From an uncultured Hyphomicrobiales bacterium (GTDB lineage Bacteria; Bacteroidota; Ignavibacteria; Kapaibacteriales; UBA2268), in NCBI GenBank assembly GCA_964499465.1, contig CAZCLJ010000003.1, positions 1 to 49,748 of the forward strand: a stretch of DNA of 49,748 nt. The letters are read 5' to 3'. The stretch's first letter is position 1. Each line of letters opens with the position of its first letter. The notes under the pieces were generated by a model, which was given only the letters and a program-made list of their open reading frames with translations, did no database searches and was not told the DNA's origin. Position numbers and translations under genes: made by a program. Shown here piece after piece: positions 46,601 through 49,748 of the stretch.

Positions 46601-48400
46601 TATATTGACCAGGATAAAATGGGTGGAGTGTATAATTTTAAAATGTTTGCTATTGACCAGGACAGAGTAAATCAACTTTTTGGCGATGGAAGAGAAATAG
46701 AATTAGAATTTAATCCATATTGGAGTCTAACTACTCGTGCAGTAAATAATCAAAGAAAAAAGAGCTTCGGAATGTATCATCAAAGAATGAAATTAAGAGA
46801 TACAAAAACCGACGAAATCTTATTTGATGGTATTACTTATTTTGAAGCTACTCCCTGTGAATTATTATATAGAGGTGGTTTTACTGAAGATGCATATTCA
46901 TATGTATTATCAGATACTCTAATAATTGATACAACACGAACACCTCCGGATACAGTCAGTTTTGGATTAAGAGATAATGACGAAAGAGTATTCCGTGCTG
47001 GTAAATTTACTTCTGGTAACTTTTCCGAAGAAGGTTATTGTTATGCTCAAGCTTTCGTCCCTTCAGCATTAGGAACTCTCGGATTTAGTTTTGATTTTGC
47101 TGTTCAGCAAAGAGGTGGAAGATACAGACCAGATGTTTTAAGGAATGGCAAAGATAAACCATCAAATGTTACAACAGTAATAGGTGCTGTTACTGATTGG
47201 GAAGCACTTGATAATACTAATCTAGTATTATCTACTCAGTTATTGGATATAGAATACTATAAAAAGGAATTTTATAATAAAGATTCTCTGACTCTTGGTG
47301 GGGTTTATGGTAGTTACAATAATGGTCCTGGAGATTATGTTGTTACTTTTGAAGAAGGTGGATACGAAGATATCGAATTGATATTCAAAGCTGATGAAGG
47401 TAATAAAACAGTTTTGTTTAGAGTACCTTACTTGAATGTAACTGTTCATAATAGCTTGAATTTAATACCTCCAACAGGTCCATCTTCAATTGAATATCCC
47501 GGACTAATGGAACATATTGTATTACCGGATTCTTTCCCCGGAACCCCACTGTTCCAAGAATTAAAAAAGTATTACCCAGACCCGAGATTTTTATTGAGAG
47601 AAAATAATTCCTTTATAGGAAAATACAATCTATATTCATTTGCTTGGGTAAATGGAAGAAATAAATCAATGTCTATTCCAAGTTTGAGAAAACAACAAGC
47701 TTGGCAAACGAGCAAACCAGAAAACGTAATATTAAAATTAACTTCTAACGTTGGAACACAAGGGCGTTATTATTTATCTGCAGTTTCAAGTGATGGTGTT
47801 GATACTGTTGACTTTGTAAATATGTTTCAAATAGCCGGTATTAATTTTGCTTTAGATTATGCTAATAAGGGAAGAATTGACCCCAGCGGTGAATTGAAAT
47901 GGGATGCAGAAGACAATATAGCACATATATACGGCGATGACTTTAAACCCGGTGACCAGGTAACTTTATATTCCACTGGTGGTGCCGCAGGTTTCCCACT
48001 TCCCGGAGCTAAAGTAAAATTTAAGGTTACTAATAATCAGCCAGGTTCCTATACAGACAAAATGATGGACCAAATTAAAGTTGTTCCGAACCCGTATATG
48101 ATTTCACATCAGGGACAGAAATCTCCTTATGATGCAAAAATCTACTTCACAAAATTACCCAAGAGATGCACTATTAGCATATATACAGTTATGGGTGATT
48201 TGGTTACAACTTTAGAGCACGATGAAGCTTCTGCTTATCAGGACCAGGAATCAGTAGAAATCTGGAATTTACTATCCAAGAATAAGCAAAGAGTTCAAAG
48301 CCAAACATTAGTAGCAGTTATTACTACACCTGACGGAGCCAAGACAATAAAGAATTTCTCAGTTATTGTTGGTGGCTTCAGATTAATTGAAGATTTATAA
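43649..48400 (+). CDS. very large (1583 aa) secreted/surface protein with N-terminal paralogous domain, FN3-like segment and C-terminal sorting-like domain
   Basis: Signal peptide. Residues ~40-520 are collinear with the 38718-40397 product. FN3-like W.PL....V.WD...D and YYYKVLAYDEGDY. C-terminal VVPNPYMISH...CTISIYTVMGDLV... resembles a T9SS/FlgD-Ig-like tail. Confidence 0.8.
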   Translation: MINKKLLNFIAITFILFLSASLMFAAIKKQPNKKNSNKADEIQRTYSYGQYGADLQRNTVSNFQFYTTNYGIFGHNVSQSVGGGHWPRGSQNQYFYGSGIWFGARKMRPDSSEYKNYVEVTYNPNNGSSWMVPGRIEDGDKAIEETASHQKYRTYFSTDFRKADGTPIKSSDGPNWPIWDISLEDTLMTNRYFGRYIYDNATRNRTFFPKGPAFISGEDIFCVFKDTDLSRYDGGETRRKDEGYPLRLQYEQTIYSWGFGDYRDFIFLRYDIINFSDDTLLDCWMAPVMDIDIALTSNSQAGASNDKVRYYEEEDTLNLAVAWSEHPQTSEKGKGFGYFGMDFLESPSAYRCEEVIDSLIQGDTVKFCAMCIEHEWRWVKEFNGKDTVDVWKEVCIDKMVFDPALNGYLRKDARFFENRYQLGLKTFHKWPIDEDKTEDDPRYMYMADGTRDGASESPSDIRVLMATGPFTMLPQDTVRVIVGLILARPAINPEADGKTADLAELVRKDKFAQFVYDNNFRAPIPPDKSIASWRPLNNAIMVTWDTTSDVSWDGLERGLDFMGYRLYRARRSNLDTFDIDQISSSVNYPSGKGPFGWKQVASWEMPLPFNKSVVRAGIDRESPDFPLIDSLLIAGPVYDFSTNPPTLDQFAIKLMRVAKGVIFYQPSSFYQNGMFFYNRSKDTLITFLDSIGYLPVITSIDTALLTKPWGDHFIKLVNENDLPFYHNPYLNVEREDFVVLDTSDRRNLRGNYFKSKPHHELFDSVLIGVIHLDKALLSYNPLLYSKQILVINDTISIDSIPDRVRDTITKIDTINILDTINLKHTDRRIVIDGKTVRVIDRAVPLNPMLSMRDTIHLKAVLDSVYYYIKHKMFEKLIFPDFENTEVVRNEIIPNYMKKLTNNNTFIDLGDDNANYKIEYNEDPVKTEKIINNVDYYYKVLAYDEGDYTQPTEAKLNDGSIGSTNVVTSYAKAAPIGNNSEFEITYIDQDKMGGVYNFKMFAIDQDRVNQLFGDGREIELEFNPYWSLTTRAVNNQRKKSFGMYHQRMKLRDTKTDEILFDGITYFEATPCELLYRGGFTEDAYSYVLSDTLIIDTTRTPPDTVSFGLRDNDERVFRAGKFTSGNFSEEGYCYAQAFVPSALGTLGFSFDFAVQQRGGRYRPDVLRNGKDKPSNVTTVIGAVTDWEALDNTNLVLSTQLLDIEYYKKEFYNKDSLTLGGVYGSYNNGPGDYVVTFEEGGYEDIELIFKADEGNKTVLFRVPYLNVTVHNSLNLIPPTGPSSIEYPGLMEHIVLPDSFPGTPLFQELKKYYPDPRFLLRENNSFIGKYNLYSFAWVNGRNKSMSIPSLRKQQAWQTSKPENVILKLTSNVGTQGRYYLSAVSSDGVDTVDFVNMFQIAGINFALDYANKGRIDPSGELKWDAEDNIAHIYGDDFKPGDQVTLYSTGGAAGFPLPGAKVKFKVTNNQPGSYTDKMMDQIKVVPNPYMISHQGQKSPYDAKIYFTKLPKRCTISIYTVMGDLVTTLEHDEASAYQDQESVEIWNLLSKNKQRVQSQTLVAVITTPDGAKTIKNFSVIVGGFRLIEDL

Positions 48401-48425
48401 TTAATGAGAACTGGAGATAATTTTA

Positions 48426-49465
48426 TGAAATATAAAATAAATTTGTATATAGTTTTAGCTATATTTATATCGTTTGTATATAATGTACAAGCTTTAGATA
48501 ATAATACCTCTGGCTCCTCTGCTGGTGAATTTTCAAAAGTCGGTGTTGCAGGTGCTCAGTTTGTGAAAATACCTGTAGGAGCAAGAGCAAATGGTATGGG
48601 AGCTTATGCTGCTGTAGTTAACGATTTGACTTCTATTTATTGGAACCCGGCCGGACTTGCAGATGTTAAATATATGGCTTGTAATGTCTCTTATACCAGT
48701 TGGTTCTCAGATTTTCAGCATAACTATGCTGCATTATCTATGCCAATAGGGGAATACTTTACTTCTGCTCTTTCCTTTACAACTTTTGGTTGTGATAAAA
48801 TAGAAAGAACTACTATTGAAAGACCGGAAGGAACGGGAAACTACTACAGTGTCAACGATTTTGCAATTGGAATGTCTCTTGCCGGCTATCTTACCGAACA
48901 ATTTTCTTTCGGTGTAACCGGTAAATATTTGTACAATGCAATTGCAGATTTAGATGCTTCAGGATTTGTTTTTGATATTGGAACTAAATATGAAACAGGT
49001 ATTCAAGGAATAAAACTTGGATTCTCAATTCATAATCTCGGTTCTCAAATGACTTATACAGGGCAGGACCTTAATGCAACAAAAAAATTAGTCGATGAAT
49101 TATATATGCAGCCACTTGATGTGCAATACTTAACTTCTGCATATAATGTTCCACTAATTTTCCGTGCAGGTATTGCTTCAGAAGTATATAATGATGATGA
49201 CCATAAAGTAACTGCTGCTTTCGATTTCGTTACTCTATCTGATTCTCCGGAGCAATTTGTTCTTGGAGCAGAATGGACTTGGAAGCAAATACTTTCAGTT
49301 CGTGGTGGCTATCGTTTCGGACATGACCAGTTCGGACTTTGTGGCGGAATTGGACTTAGTTACTTAGTTGGCGGGGTAGGTGGCCAATTAGATTATTCTA
49401 TTACTCCTACACAAGACATCGGAATTGTCAACAGACTTTCTCTAAATGTTGATTTAAGGCAATAA
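48426..49465 (+). CDS. PorV/PorQ-family outer-membrane beta-barrel
   Basis: GGAG lies 8 nt before the ATG at 48426 and a signal peptide is present. GARANGMGAYAAVVNDLTSIYWNPAGLA is the family signature. Beta-strand periodicity runs to the end. Confidence 0.7.
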
Positions 49466-49475
49466 TTAAATTAAA

Positions 49476-49507
49476 CTGCCAGAAGAAATTCTGGCAGTTT
49501 TTTTTTA
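49476..49507 (+). terminator. Rho-independent terminator of the PorV-like gene
   Basis: ctgccagaa-gaaa-ttctggcag followed by a run of 10 T, 10 nt after the stop codon. Confidence 0.8.
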
Positions 49508-49615
49508 TACTCAGAACTCCTGACGCCTCGTAGTTTGGTATTTCGCAGTCTTGTCATTTCGTTGCCAATGACATCTTTTTTGCAAAACCAATGAAATACA
49601 GAACAGCACTAAGAA

Positions 49616-49693
49616 ATCCCCCCTACCCCCCTTTTTCAAAGGGGGAAATTACAAAGAAAATTCTTCTCCCCCTTTGAAAAAGGGGGGTAGGGG
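49616..49693. repeat. long GC-rich palindrome
   Basis: cccctacccccctttttcaaaggggga ... tccccctttgaaaaaggggggtagggg: ~27-bp arms separated by ~20 nt. Confidence 0.8.
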
Positions 49694-49748
49694 CTGACGT
49701 TACCCAAATAAATTTGGATATGTCAATATAATTTATTATATTGCATAT

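Noticed and set aside
1-49748. tRNA, rRNA, tmRNA, transposase, integrase or reverse-transcriptase genes.
   Set aside because: I scanned intergenic regions and the ORF list by eye. I recognised no cloverleaf-like GC-rich segments, no rRNA-like sequence, and no DDE, tyrosine-recombinase or RT motifs. A covariance-model scan (tRNAscan-SE, Infernal) would be needed for certainty.

Overview
This is a visibly AT-rich 49.7-kb chromosomal window. I infer it comes from a T9SS-bearing member of the Bacteroidota/Ignavibacteriota (FCB) radiation. The grounds are several T9SS-type C-terminal sorting domains, a SusC-like CarboxypepD_reg/TonB-dependent barrel and a PorV/PorQ-like barrel; GGAG-type ribosome-binding motifs precede several starts. 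Housekeeping genes are pgk, serS, a cobO-like adenosyltransferase, a yggS-like gene, a satP-like acetate channel, a DsrE-like gene, an M29 aminopeptidase and a BadF-type sugar kinase. They are interrupted by an unusually heavy accessory load. (1) 2.5-4.8 kb holds an array of small toxin-antitoxin cassettes and gene fragments separated by recurring boundary repeats. (2) 7.6-10.2 kb holds DUF2442 and hicAB cassettes embedded in nested palindromic repeats. (3) 15.8-28.3 kb is a ~12.5-kb defence island between serS and two histidine kinases. It starts with a 2-gene cassette bounded by a 47-bp duplication of the serS start region. Next comes an R-M locus with three beta-class methyltransferases, two of them near-identical copies flanking the third. 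It also holds a secreted PTP-like protein with an atypical P-loop, a three-gene operon centred on a Panacea/DUF4065 antitoxin domain, and a PIN module. The island ends with a PD-ExK + NPPY fused (type IIG-like) enzyme and an N-terminally truncated paralogue. The last ~60 nt of that methyltransferase gene recur after each cassette, which suggests a recombination hotspot. (4) 34.3-49.5 kb is an ECF sigma / anti-sigma-headed locus encoding T9SS cargo proteins, a SusC-like barrel, a 1583-aa surface protein and a PorV-like barrel. I recognised no rRNA, tRNA, CRISPR array, transposase or integrase. All family assignments come from motif recognition by eye and need profile searches to confirm.
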